From a virus: a stretch of DNA of 64,000 nt. Positions 1-9,268 of the stretch are shown here, piece by piece. The translations under genes and the position numbers were made by a program. The notes beneath the pieces are model-generated. The model searched no databases. It was not told the origin of the DNA and was given only the letters and a program-made list of their open reading frames with translations. Each line of letters opens with the position of its first letter. Position 1 is the stretch's first letter. Location of the stretch: positions 1 through 64,000 of the IMG/VR virus record IMGVR_UViG_3300037333_000013. One strand, written 5' to 3'.

Positions 1-260
1 AACTTAAAGATAGCACCAAAGAAGTTTTTCACACCTTCTATAAACCCACTCAAGAATGACTCTTCGTCCATCATCAATAATGTCTTTAACTGCCCTTTAC
101 GAACACCTACCTCTCTACTGATATAGTTGCCAAGTGCAGAGACCTCTCTCTCTACACGTTTGTCTATAAATGTTTCTTTATCAATACAGATAATATCTTT
201 CGTGGTTTCCATATCATATATCAATAAGTTTAACAAGTTCTCACGTTGTTCTATTGTCAT
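1..260 (-). CDS. Probable internal head/virion protein, N-terminal part (runs off window start)
   Basis: Not in the ORF track. Read manually: ATG at 260 after an AAGGAG RBS, open to base 1 (MTIEQRENLL...MDEESFLSGFIEGVKNFFGAIFK). D-x-E followed by an amphipathic helix resembles processed jumbo-phage head proteins. Confidence 0.6.
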   Translation of the reverse strand, partial: MTIEQRENLLNLLIYDMETTKDIICIDKETFIDKRVEREVSALGNYISREVGVRKGQLKTLLMMDEESFLSGFIEGVKNFFGAIFK

Positions 261-278
261 CTTTCAACTCCTTTTCAT

Positions 279-2675
279 TTAACCCATAAAGTCTTTCATT
301 GGGTCATCTTCGTCTTTGTTATCGTCTTCTGGTTTTTCATTCGGTACATCGTTCTCTTTCGACGTATCTTTATCTTGTTCTTCTGGCTTGTCTTCCACAA
401 CATCACCAGTGTTATCATCACTTACAACTTCTTCTGGTTCTGTGTCATCTTCTTCACTGTTAAACTTCTCTAATGCTTTGTTTCCTTTCTTTCGTACTTT
501 CTTCATATCTTTATAGAATGTCTCCACACCCTCTTCAATCTGTTTACTATATTCAACATACTCTTCTAATAGTGGTATGGTTGTCTTACCGTCTACTGTA
601 TTGACAATCTTGAGTGTGTCTTTATAATATCCATTTTCATTCAGCCATCTACGTACGGCTGACGATTTCATCATTGCACGGAATGCTTCTATATTATCTC
701 CATTTTCACCAATAATTTCGGTAGGGAACATATCCTCATTCACCATCTCTTTTAGTATATTATCTAGTGTATCAACCATCGTACTAAACATCTCGCTATT
801 GACGTTCTCTTCAGCTTGGTCTACACTAGGTAGTGACACAGTGGACCTATCGAAGATATCTAACATTAACATCTCTACAAGCTCTTCGTCAGTTGTCTCT
901 TTTACAATATCTTTTACTGCATCGTTCTTTAATAGTGATTTACGCTCATTAACAATTGATGAAGTAATCGCATTTTTGATATTACTGCGTTGTAATCCAT
1001 CGTTTGATAAGATGACTTGTGATACTTTAGATAGGAAGTCATTGGTTCTCTCTATCTTTCTGATGAGTCTTCTCTTAAAGAGTACGTTTGATGTCTTTAC
1101 ACTCTCTGCATAATCAATATCTTTACTACCATCTACCATCTCTGGACTAATATGGAGTTTCATATATTGTAACTTTGCTAGTGACTCATCTAGGTCTCTA
1201 TCAGGTATCTTCTTATCTACATCCATACGTTGTAGGTCAACAGATACAGCAGGAATGGCATCATGTTCAAACTCTACAATAATACCTGCTGTCTTTAGGT
1301 AATCGCTTATATCTTCTACCTTTAGTAGTCCAGTTGGTACAGTGTCTGCCCTATTGTTATAGATAAAATCGTATGCCTCTTGGATACGAACTTCTAACTC
1401 CCTGTCATCGTCGTCTAGTTTGACTTTCACCTTTGTAAACTGTACAGCATTCTGAACCATTGCAGAGAGTGTTGTGTAACGAACCATTGCTCTAATCCCA
1501 CCAATAATGGTCAGGTCTTCCAATGGACTCTTTCCTACACCATTTCGTTTATAGTCATATGCTAAGTATGCTACATTTGAAGCATCTAGTACGAGCATCG
1601 TGACTTTGTTCTTAGCCATTGTGTTATTAAACATGACATTGCGAATGAGTTCTAGGTCTTTATCACTGACAAACCCATTGATACCCTCTTTAGACATCAT
1701 ATCGTTTAGCTTCTCTTGAATCGTTTGTTTTAGTAACTCAGAGGTATGCGGTATAGGTGCTTTCATATTCTCTCTACGTGTGTTATCCGTAGATATTTGT
1801 GTCACACGACTCCCCTTTAATGCACGCACCATCTCCGGCTCTTCTTGGTCGTTGTCTATCTTCAGTTCTGTCTCTTCTAAAGGGAACCCATGTTCATCAA
1901 GTAGCAAGATATATCTCAAATGGTTCGATGGTTCATTCTTTAACGTAACAGGAATAATAGACTCCATCGGCCACTCTAATACTGTTGGTCTATCGATATG
2001 CTCACCAGGTATATTTCCTAATGATATAAGGTTACGTATCTTCTCTAACTTCTTTCTAACACCAAAGGCTTCTGTATCTATGTTTAATGTTGGTTTATGC
2101 TTCGCTATCTTCTTAATGTTTCTAGTAATAGTAAAGTCATCCGTGTTAATACTGTATGTATCTCCGTCCTCTTTGTCCATACCTAGTGCATTGTCAAACT
2201 TATCACCAATACAGATAAAAGCGAATGCACCTGGATTATATGCCTTATAGACCCAGTCATATAGTTTCTTATCAACACCATAGAACCCAGTAAAGTCAGC
2301 AGATTGAATATCAATAATCTCTCGTTTCAGCTCATGACTCAAGAGTGTATTGTCCAACTTGTGTATAAAGTTTGTGGTAATCATATCCGTCGGCGATGTG
2401 ATAGAGGATACTAAAATCTCAACCGCTAACTCTAAGTCTGGATTCTCAACAAGGAGTGTATCGATGTTATTACGTTTCATCTTGTTGTATTTATAAACAG
2501 AAGAGAGGTCTTTAAAATCGACTATCTCTTTGTTACTTGGTTGGTTATTTTGTGTAGCACTTTGTCCCTTCTCTTTCACTTCTGCATCACTTATCTTCTT
2601 GTATCTAGAGAGTACCTCTTTACGTCTGTTGAGTGGCATTACACCACGATTATTTACGCTCTTCTTTTTACGCAT
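279..2675 (-). CDS. Portal protein, phiKZ gp129-like
   Basis: NPDLELAVEILVSSITSPTDM motif and YKRNGVGKSPLE; ~800 aa with acidic tail; divergent from a gp128-like gene. Start moved to ATG 2675 (GGAGG RBS). Confidence 0.75.
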   Translation of the reverse strand: MRKKKSVNNRGVMPLNRRKEVLSRYKKISDAEVKEKGQSATQNNQPSNKEIVDFKDLSSVYKYNKMKRNNIDTLLVENPDLELAVEILVSSITSPTDMITTNFIHKLDNTLLSHELKREIIDIQSADFTGFYGVDKKLYDWVYKAYNPGAFAFICIGDKFDNALGMDKEDGDTYSINTDDFTITRNIKKIAKHKPTLNIDTEAFGVRKKLEKIRNLISLGNIPGEHIDRPTVLEWPMESIIPVTLKNEPSNHLRYILLLDEHGFPLEETELKIDNDQEEPEMVRALKGSRVTQISTDNTRRENMKAPIPHTSELLKQTIQEKLNDMMSKEGINGFVSDKDLELIRNVMFNNTMAKNKVTMLVLDASNVAYLAYDYKRNGVGKSPLEDLTIIGGIRAMVRYTTLSAMVQNAVQFTKVKVKLDDDDRELEVRIQEAYDFIYNNRADTVPTGLLKVEDISDYLKTAGIIVEFEHDAIPAVSVDLQRMDVDKKIPDRDLDESLAKLQYMKLHISPEMVDGSKDIDYAESVKTSNVLFKRRLIRKIERTNDFLSKVSQVILSNDGLQRSNIKNAITSSIVNERKSLLKNDAVKDIVKETTDEELVEMLMLDIFDRSTVSLPSVDQAEENVNSEMFSTMVDTLDNILKEMVNEDMFPTEIIGENGDNIEAFRAMMKSSAVRRWLNENGYYKDTLKIVNTVDGKTTIPLLEEYVEYSKQIEEGVETFYKDMKKVRKKGNKALEKFNSEEDDTEPEEVVSDDNTGDVVEDKPEEQDKDTSKENDVPNEKPEDDNKDEDDPMKDFMG

Positions 2676-2722
2676 ATTGACCTCCACGTCACTTAGTTGA
2701 AATCCCAAAATAGGAGAACTCA

Positions 2723-4678
2723 ATGAACAGATTGGATAACAACAAATATCTTCTATCGACACTCTCATTGGTAAAGTCAATCATTTGTAAGTCACATACA
2801 ACAGCTGTCCATATGAATAAGAAGTTTGCAGAATATGGTGTAGAGTACGATAAGCTCGATAAGTCTACATGGCCATACTATTTGAACATCTGTGGTAAGC
2901 CACACAGTGCTAATACGACTATCACTATGACATCGATGGATACAAATGAGCTATTCGAAGTCACAAGAGATACCTTACTAGAACACCCAAGAACACATGC
3001 AAAATTACTAGAGTTCGGAACACTCTTTGATACACTCACATCGATGTATACGGGGCAAGAAGTCTATATACGTGGTCTCATCACTGATGTCACATACGAA
3101 GATTTAGATACCTTTGATGGGGATATCTTGCACTACAACAAAGACTTAGTAGAAGAGAATGAAGTAAACTTGATATCTTCACTCTCTTTTGTATCCGGAA
3201 GGTTCTTATCTAGGTGGGTAAACAGAGAGTACTTACTTACAGATAATCTCTATGCTCCTGCTGTATATGCAACATACGTTTCATTCTTAACAAAACAACT
3301 CTTATCGATGCGACTAAAAAATATCACAACGAATGAGGTACATACCTACTATCAGGATATGATACTCGCATCAAACTTTAATATCGTAGAGCATAAAGAG
3401 GTTTTAAACAAAGCATCAACATTATGGCTTGTAAAGAACATCAAGTCACTAGGATATCATATTGGTTCACACGAAACAATGGATAAAGTTATTCGCAAGG
3501 TACTATCACCATCTGGATTTACAGTGGAAGTCATTAATGTGTCAAATAGAGAAGACAAAGATGATACACTCACATTAGAGGATTATATATCTAAAGATGT
3601 AGAGAGCACTGAACTATTGACATTCCTACCAAGTCTCATCTATGAAGATAATTTAACAGAACAATATCGTTCCGGTACAGTTAGATATAAACAGATACTC
3701 GATGAACTCACGCGTGTGCGTGGAATCTCTGAAAAAACAAAAGTAGTGATTATTAGCTTACGTTCATTTGTCTCTGATATAGAGATAACAAACCCAGAGA
3801 TAATACAGAAAGCTATCTTAAAGACACTCTTTCAAGATGAAGCAGAATACTTAATAGATACAACATATGGTAGAATACTCATGACAAACAGAGAGCTCTA
3901 CTACTCTACGCTCATAGCATTTTTCAAACTCTATCAGATAGATGGGTATGGGAGTGTCAAGAATGTCTCTATTGATAATATCTTTATTAAGACTGATGTA
4001 GATACTTCTACACTCACAACAGATGAAGAGAGACAAGAGAAGTTAGATGCTATACATGACGCAATAGATTTAATACTAGATTCAAATGCAAACAATGTAG
4101 AGAAACAGATACTCTGTAAGACACTCATAAATTATGAATCGAGTAATACAAATAACGAGATACTCACACACGAGATTGAATTGTTAAGAAAGGAGATTGT
4201 AGAAGAGATACTCTTAGAAGTGGATATGACATTAGGGGAGTACCAAGATACAGATAGACTCTTTGACAATGACACGCGAGATACCCTCGTACAAGTCTAT
4301 AAACTGTTTGGTATTGAATTCGATGCCACGCATAATATCATTACGAAGTTGACAAATGCATCATCACTCTTTAATAAGCTGACATCGTATACTATCACAA
4401 GTGTCATAGACTCTAACATTGTGGATGGAAATTGTGAGATTGAGCCGAATATGACATTAGAAGGAGAGACAATTATTAAGGTCACTGATGTGACATCTGA
4501 TTGTCAAGGTGCCGTAGCTGACGTAGAAGCATTCGGTGGAGAGATGTTAGATACGCTCTCTATTGTAGGTACAGATGTATTAAAAGAGGTAGAGACAAGA
4601 GTATTAGAACCAGATATATCCGTAGTGCAAGAGATGGAAGATGACTATTTAAAGGTAGTAAGACCAAGATTAAAGTAA
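2723..4678 (+). CDS. Virion structural protein, phiKZ gp128-like
   Basis: TWPYYLNICG motif and HPRT...YIRG segment; head-to-head with the portal as in phiKZ-like phages; AGGAG RBS. Confidence 0.65.
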   Translation: MNRLDNNKYLLSTLSLVKSIICKSHTTAVHMNKKFAEYGVEYDKLDKSTWPYYLNICGKPHSANTTITMTSMDTNELFEVTRDTLLEHPRTHAKLLEFGTLFDTLTSMYTGQEVYIRGLITDVTYEDLDTFDGDILHYNKDLVEENEVNLISSLSFVSGRFLSRWVNREYLLTDNLYAPAVYATYVSFLTKQLLSMRLKNITTNEVHTYYQDMILASNFNIVEHKEVLNKASTLWLVKNIKSLGYHIGSHETMDKVIRKVLSPSGFTVEVINVSNREDKDDTLTLEDYISKDVESTELLTFLPSLIYEDNLTEQYRSGTVRYKQILDELTRVRGISEKTKVVIISLRSFVSDIEITNPEIIQKAILKTLFQDEAEYLIDTTYGRILMTNRELYYSTLIAFFKLYQIDGYGSVKNVSIDNIFIKTDVDTSTLTTDEERQEKLDAIHDAIDLILDSNANNVEKQILCKTLINYESSNTNNEILTHEIELLRKEIVEEILLEVDMTLGEYQDTDRLFDNDTRDTLVQVYKLFGIEFDATHNIITKLTNASSLFNKLTSYTITSVIDSNIVDGNCEIEPNMTLEGETIIKVTDVTSDCQGAVADVEAFGGEMLDTLSIVGTDVLKEVETRVLEPDISVVQEMEDDYLKVVRPRLK

Positions 4679-4693
4679 AAAAAAATGTAATAA

Positions 4694-4716
4694 ATGCTAA
4701 CCACAATGGTTAGCAT
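4694..4716. terminator. Hairpin/terminator between convergent genes
   Basis: ATGCTAACCA-caa-TGGTTAGCAT with A-rich and T-rich flanks. Confidence 0.6.
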
Positions 4717-4809
4717 ATGTTTTATAAGGTTACTCTTTTTACTTTGCTGTGCCATATCGAACAATAAGTCGGGGTTAAAATGGCACACTTTTAATATCTG
4801 ACAACTCGC

Positions 4810-5235
4810 TTATCGCCTTAAAAATGACTCGGTTTCAGACCACTCTGACAAGAGTGATACTCTACGCCGTATTTCAAACTCATTATCGATTGGTATAGCG
4901 TAGGAACTATCAAAGATAGCTAACTCAATATCATCATCTTCTTTAAGACCTCTCACTAAGTCTTTCAAGTTCTGAGTATCCCCATCAAAGATATACTGTT
5001 TCATATCATCTTCTTCGAACTCGCTTTTGATGCCATCATCGTACCTATTATAGGTGATATATGTTTTACCCCTAACGAGGACTTCTTTTCCAAGAACTAT
5101 GTCATCGCCATCTATTTTGTATATTTTATCTTTATAGATAACAGTATTATGACTTCCTTTATCTATTCTAGCGATAAAACCTCTTAGTTTATCTTGCATT
5201 ATTATTTTCTTTACTTTCTCACTTACGTTTTTCAT
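4810..5235 (-). CDS. Hypothetical early protein
   Basis: 141-aa ORF with AAAGGA RBS, downstream of early promoter and leader motif I. Confidence 0.7.
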   Translation of the reverse strand: MKNVSEKVKKIIMQDKLRGFIARIDKGSHNTVIYKDKIYKIDGDDIVLGKEVLVRGKTYITYNRYDDGIKSEFEEDDMKQYIFDGDTQNLKDLVRGLKEDDDIELAIFDSSYAIPIDNEFEIRRRVSLLSEWSETESFLRR

Positions 5236-5265
5236 TTGTTATCCTTTATGATAGTTAATTATTAT

Positions 5266-5328
5266 TGTGCATTACCACATCCTGGACTATGACCAAACCA
5301 AATATATGCCAGACTATTATATTGGTTT
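5266..5328 (-). ncRNA. Leader RNA motif I, copy A (pseudoknot)
   Basis: Minus strand AAACCAAUAUAA-UAGUCUGGCA-UAUAUUUGGUUU-GGUC-AUAGUCCAG-GA-UGUG-GUAAUG-CACA; loop CUGG pairs with CCAG. Confidence 0.7.
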
Positions 5329-5346
5329 TAGTATTCAATACGCTAT

Positions 5347-5355
5347 AATAATATA
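5347..5355 (-). promoter_or_regulatory. Early (virion RNAP) promoter motif TATATTATT
   Basis: One of 14 intergenic copies of TATATTATT-N4-YGTA; resembles the phiKZ early promoter TATATTAC. Confidence 0.7.
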
Positions 5356-5398
5356 TAGGTAAAAAAAAAGGATACACAATAAATAAAAAAAGAATATT

Positions 5399-5422
5399 CT
5401 TAGTGGTCTAACGACCACTAAG
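5399..5422 (-). terminator. Terminator hairpin after MYG1 gene
   Basis: CTTAGTGGTC-taac-GACCACTAAG followed by T-rich sequence on the minus strand. Confidence 0.65.
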
Positions 5423-5424
5423 TG

Positions 5425-6525
5425 TTAACCATAGATAACTAAATCTATGTAGATTTTCTCCTTTACTGGAATCTTTATTCCTACGACTTCTCCAGGGTAC
5501 GGGACTAAGTCCTGTTCTTTGTAAATACCAAAGAACCCACCCTTGTGAGTGAATATTTGGAATTGAACATTGTGTTCCGAGTCCAATGAGAACTTCCCAC
5601 CAAACTTACCCTCTTCAAGAGGGATTTGCGTTACGCCCCACCCCTCCTGCTTTTTGTCGTAGTTTACGACAAAGTCTGCACGACCAATACAGAACTTTGC
5701 TGGAACGAACCTTTCCCCTTTTTGGATTATGATGAACTTCACCCCATTTACCTCCTTTACAGGAGTCGATGAAGCTAAGTCATCAATCTTCTTTTGGATT
5801 TCCTCCCTCTTTTGTTTATTTTGCTCGGAAACCACCTGAGCTAAACTGTAATCGTCTAACTCGGAGTAGTCCTCAATATATTTTGAGGATAAGTGATTTA
5901 TGAACTTTATCGCATCCTCCGGACCTTTATCCTCCATATTCTGGAGTAACATTACGGTTGCATTAACCGCAACCTTGAAGTTCTTGTCTTGTGTTTCGCC
6001 ATAGACATCTTCGGGGTCGTTCATACCCTGAATCAATTTTATTAGAGGGTGGTCAGCCCTCTGCTCAATCCCACAATCGTGTTTGTCGACGATGTCAACA
6101 AGCCCCTTAATGTATCTACTTACATTAGAGAGAAATGGACCGTCATTCCATGGACATTGCCCAGTTTCACAACTCACAAATAGTGGTCTCGTCAATGCCA
6201 CTAAAATTAGCCCTGCTGAGGACTTCCCATAAAGGTCATCCCCCTCTTTGAATTGATGGTGGTCAAAGCGACCACCGAAAATTTTCCCAACTGGGAACGT
6301 CTGGGACATATAGTCCCCAGAGTATAAAGACACCGAATTGTCTTTATACTCTCCATTGACGTCCACCACGACGTCAAATCCCTCACTAGGGATATCTCTA
6401 CCCCTAGTGATTTTCACATCCACTCTAGGAAATGCTAGCTTGATGAGTGCTATTGCTAGCACCTCATCTGCGTGGAACACACCATTGTGTGTCAAAATAT
6501 TTAGTGTATTTGTTGTGTTAGTCAT
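5425..6525 (-). CDS. MYG1 (UPF0160) family DHH-like exonuclease/hydrolase
   Basis: THNGVFHADEVLA, VVDV.GEY, RFDHHQ, SSAGL and FTHKGGF motifs typical of MYG1. Confidence 0.85.
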   Translation of the reverse strand: MTNTTNTLNILTHNGVFHADEVLAIALIKLAFPRVDVKITRGRDIPSEGFDVVVDVNGEYKDNSVSLYSGDYMSQTFPVGKIFGGRFDHHQFKEGDDLYGKSSAGLILVALTRPLFVSCETGQCPWNDGPFLSNVSRYIKGLVDIVDKHDCGIEQRADHPLIKLIQGMNDPEDVYGETQDKNFKVAVNATVMLLQNMEDKGPEDAIKFINHLSSKYIEDYSELDDYSLAQVVSEQNKQKREEIQKKIDDLASSTPVKEVNGVKFIIIQKGERFVPAKFCIGRADFVVNYDKKQEGWGVTQIPLEEGKFGGKFSLDSEHNVQFQIFTHKGGFFGIYKEQDLVPYPGEVVGIKIPVKEKIYIDLVIYG

Positions 6526-6555
6526 ACTATATCCTTTATGATATTTTAATTATGT

Positions 6556-6613
6556 TCCGAATTACCGGAGAGTGGTCTATTACGCATACAATGAGTGCCA
6601 CACTTCTCATTGC
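6556..6613 (-). ncRNA. Leader RNA motif I, copy B
   Basis: GCAAUGAG-AAGUGUGGCA-CUCAUUGU-AUGCGUA-AUAGACCAC-UC-UCCG-GUAAUU-CGGA; loop GUGG pairs with CCAC. Confidence 0.7.
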
Positions 6614-6655
6614 TATCAATACTCCTAAACGACTAAGAGTAATTCAATACACTAC

Positions 6656-6664
6656 AATAATATA
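6656..6664 (-). promoter_or_regulatory. Early promoter motif
   Basis: TATATTATTgtagTGTA upstream of MYG1. Confidence 0.7.
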
Positions 6665-6704
6665 TAGGTAAAAAAAAAAGGATACACAACGAGTGGTGTG
6701 TGAC

Positions 6705-7289
6705 TCACAGAGTCACTTCTACCACATCGTATCCCATCATTTCCATCAGACCCAAGATACTCATATCTTTATCATTGTATGGTTCACGTACCACGTGACC
6801 ACCGCCAACAGCTATGAGTGTCACATCATCTGATTCCATAGCTTTGATAATCTTTGCTGTCCAGTAGACATCTCTCATAACCATCTCTTTTGTTTCGTCT
6901 GCTGCACCTGCCAACATAATCTTAATTCCCTCATAATTATCATCTTTAAAGAGCGATGCGAATATCCTATCTATACCATTTGGTTCTGCTGGTGCAAAGT
7001 TTTCCTCGCAAGTTTCAAGTCCTTCAGAACCTTTCAGCATATACCACATATCCATTGGATAACTATCTGGTAATCTCTTCATATATGTTAAGATAATGTT
7101 CTCTTTTGTTCTACCCAAATACTTTGATACCTTCTCTGCATAATGGTCTAGAGATACTTCTGTGTAGATTTTGTCAATCCCTACTATTGTCTTCTCTAAG
7201 TCATCTACTTCAAATATCCCAGCGATATGAATCGTAGGTACGATTCTGCCAATTAATTTTCCGTCTTTTTTAATGTCAAAATATTTCAT
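6705..7289 (-). CDS. TraB/GumN-like (TIKI superfamily) protein, paralog 1
   Basis: PTIH, E, MD, GLET, RD..W and IAVGGGHV pattern. True start MKYFDIKKDGK at 7289 (AAAGGA RBS; matches paralog at 43434). Confidence 0.7.
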   Translation of the reverse strand: MKYFDIKKDGKLIGRIVPTIHIAGIFEVDDLEKTIVGIDKIYTEVSLDHYAEKVSKYLGRTKENIILTYMKRLPDSYPMDMWYMLKGSEGLETCEENFAPAEPNGIDRIFASLFKDDNYEGIKIMLAGAADETKEMVMRDVYWTAKIIKAMESDDVTLIAVGGGHVVREPYNDKDMSILGLMEMMGYDVVEVTL

Positions 7290-7329
7290 TTGTTTTATTC
7301 CTTTAAGAATTGTTTTCTTTATAATTTGT

Positions 7330-7393
7330 ATCACATTACTGATTACTGGATTATGAACATACGCATACATAGCACCAGACTAAACTATGTATG
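7330..7393 (-). ncRNA. Leader RNA motif I, copy C
   Basis: CAUACAUAG-UUUAGUCUGGUG-CUAUGUAUG-CGUAUGUUC-AUAAUCCAG-UA-AUCA-GUAAUG-UGAU. Confidence 0.65.
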
Positions 7394-7410
7394 AACCACT
7401 ATTACACGTT

Positions 7411-7419
7411 AATGATATA
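7411..7419 (-). promoter_or_regulatory. Early promoter motif (variant TATATCATT)
   Basis: TATATCATTaacgTGTA at the same position relative to leader and gene as the other copies. Confidence 0.55.
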
Positions 7420-7436
7420 CATACAAAAAATACCAG

Positions 7437-7468
7437 TATGATACAGTGCCATATGGCACTGTATCATA
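7437..7468. terminator. Perfect 32-bp palindrome at gene end
   Basis: TATGATACAGTGCCATATGGCACTGTATCATA overlapping the stop codon of 7464..8120. Confidence 0.65.
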
Positions 7469-8120
7469 GACTAATGTCAATGTGCATCGCTTTAAAGTAT
7501 GCACTTAATGTCTTTGTGGCTTGTGTCTTTGTGACAAATGGTGCGAGTTCACTTTTACTCACTTTACCGTTTTTAAAGAGTAGTCCATTGAGTGCATTAC
7601 TCGCTTGCACATCTCCACCACGCACACCTAGAAACTCATCGAGTGTATTGTTTAGACCAAGTGGTTTCATTACTTGTACTTCTTGCAGTGTAATTCTGCC
7701 TGACGCACTGTTACCTGCTACTTGTCCAGTAATTCTATTCCGAGTCTTTCTATGCTTGTGTACGTTAAAATTCTTTAAGATATGCTGTGATGCTCTACGG
7801 ATAGACATATACATTACGGCATATTCTACCTCAGGTGTATAGACAAAGTCACCTCGCGTAATAGTGAGCTTCTGGTAGATATCAAACCCTAACCATTTTG
7901 CTATATCTACATTTCTATCAAAGTCTAACTCTACTTCACTATCTAATGGAGAGAACAACCTCAACGAGTGTCTACCGCTACGAAATTTCTCTATCATAGA
8001 TTCATAGTCTTTCTTACTCATCTTTGGTAGCTTCTCTTTATAAATCTTTGTGTTAAACCCAGATGGGTCTAACTTTGCTACGACTTCTAAGATAAACTGC
8101 TCTACATCTTTTCTTGCCAT
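7464..8120 (-). CDS. Virion RNA polymerase subunit, beta C-terminal fragment (phiKZ gp96-like)
   Basis: MARKDVEQFIL...NTKIYKE N-terminus; TGQVAGNSASGRITLQE and RGGD motifs equivalent to the RpoB C-terminal GGQR.GEME region. Confidence 0.7.
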   Translation of the reverse strand: MARKDVEQFILEVVAKLDPSGFNTKIYKEKLPKMSKKDYESMIEKFRSGRHSLRLFSPLDSEVELDFDRNVDIAKWLGFDIYQKLTITRGDFVYTPEVEYAVMYMSIRRASQHILKNFNVHKHRKTRNRITGQVAGNSASGRITLQEVQVMKPLGLNNTLDEFLGVRGGDVQASNALNGLLFKNGKVSKSELAPFVTKTQATKTLSAYFKAMHIDISL

Positions 8121-8266
8121 AAGAACGCCTCTTGCTTTCTATCAATTGCTTTGTCCGCAATGAGTACTTTCTTGTCTGCTTGTTTTGTATGTTCATCTAT
8201 GACTTTGTTATCGTTTAAGATAGCAATAATCAAAAATGAAATACTGTATGCTATGAATGCCTTCAT
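8102..8266 (-). CDS. Small membrane protein
   Basis: MKAFIAYSISFLIIAIL single hydrophobic helix. Start moved to 8266 to avoid overlap with the upstream gene. Confidence 0.45.
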   Translation of the reverse strand: MKAFIAYSISFLIIAILNDNKVIDEHTKQADKKVLIADKAIDRKQEAFLWQEKM

Positions 8267-8276
8267 CACTACGCCT

Positions 8277-9035
8277 TTAAAATGGGAGCGGTAAGAGTAC
8301 ATCATCAATAGATGCTCTCTTTGTGACATATGTGGGTTGATTAAACATAGAAGTGAGTACAGCACATACACGAGGGTCAGACTCAAATAGGTCATCACTG
8401 TTCCCTAGTGATACGTAGTGATTCACCTCTGCTTTACCTGTCTCGACATAGTTCTCACTCGATAACATACACCCAATACTATCTCTGTTTGTGCCAATGT
8501 TTAAGTACCTCTCAAATAGGATATGTGTCTTTGAGTCTATAATATAGGTGTCGCGTGTCTCATCACTACCTGTATTGTTCTTCAATGTTGGGAGTGGTTG
8601 AGTATATACAGCAGGTGATGTAATACCATTCAATGTAGCACGCACACAATATCCATCTACCATATAGTCTCTACCAACGACCTTATCAAAGAGTGGCATA
8701 TATAAGAAGTCATTGTACTTCTTATCATAGTAGAGAATTACAGATTGGTCAATAATCTCACTGATAATTTCTGTAATAGGGAAGAACCTATCACCATCAA
8801 AATTATCATCTACTGGGTTTACTGTAATTTTTGCAGATAAATTATCACTACTAGAAACAATGCTAGATTGTGACAAATTATACTCAATTTTGTCTACCGT
8901 TCTTTGTGGTGTAGTGTTATCACCTTTACCTGCGACTTGTGATAAATCTAAGATACTGTAAAACTTCTTAATGGAAGTAGCCACATTTGTTTTGTCATCG
9001 TTGTCTAATGTAAAGACCCTTCTTTCTAGGTTCAT
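8277..9035 (-). CDS. Hypothetical protein
   Basis: 252-aa ORF translationally coupled (ATGA) to the upstream gene. Confidence 0.7.
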   Translation of the reverse strand: MNLERRVFTLDNDDKTNVATSIKKFYSILDLSQVAGKGDNTTPQRTVDKIEYNLSQSSIVSSSDNLSAKITVNPVDDNFDGDRFFPITEIISEIIDQSVILYYDKKYNDFLYMPLFDKVVGRDYMVDGYCVRATLNGITSPAVYTQPLPTLKNNTGSDETRDTYIIDSKTHILFERYLNIGTNRDSIGCMLSSENYVETGKAEVNHYVSLGNSDDLFESDPRVCAVLTSMFNQPTYVTKRASIDDVLLPLPF

Positions 9036-9268
9036 AATCTTCCTCTCTCTTTCATCATTGGTATTGCACTATCTAACCTTGCACAGAGTTCTGACTCTGT
9101 ATCAAAGTCATATGCTAGTAATAACAGAATGTCATTATCGTCTTCTGTTAATAAAGAACGAAACAGACAGTTAATATGTGTTAAGACACTGCGTGTCCTT
9201 GTCCTACTAAGTAGGTTGTCATACCCACTTAGATTATACTTGTTAAGCACGCTTTCTAGATTTTCCAT
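9032..9268 (-). CDS. Hypothetical protein
   Basis: 78-aa ORF with GGAG RBS, in operon after uvsX. Confidence 0.55.
   Translation of the reverse strand: MENLESVLNKYNLSGYDNLLSRTRTRSVLTHINCLFRSLLTEDDNDILLLLAYDFDTESELCARLDSAIPMMKERGRL

Noticed and set aside
4748-4787. TGTGCCAT...ATGGCACA stem in the 4679-4809 intergenic region
   Set aside because: It is a single 8-bp stem with no second copy or covariation support.
8780-8820. DDNFDGD in 8277..9035 resembling the RNAP catalytic NADFDGD or DHFR GD.FFP
   Set aside because: The first Asp is replaced by Asn, and no flanking double-psi barrel or DHFR motifs are present; likely chance.
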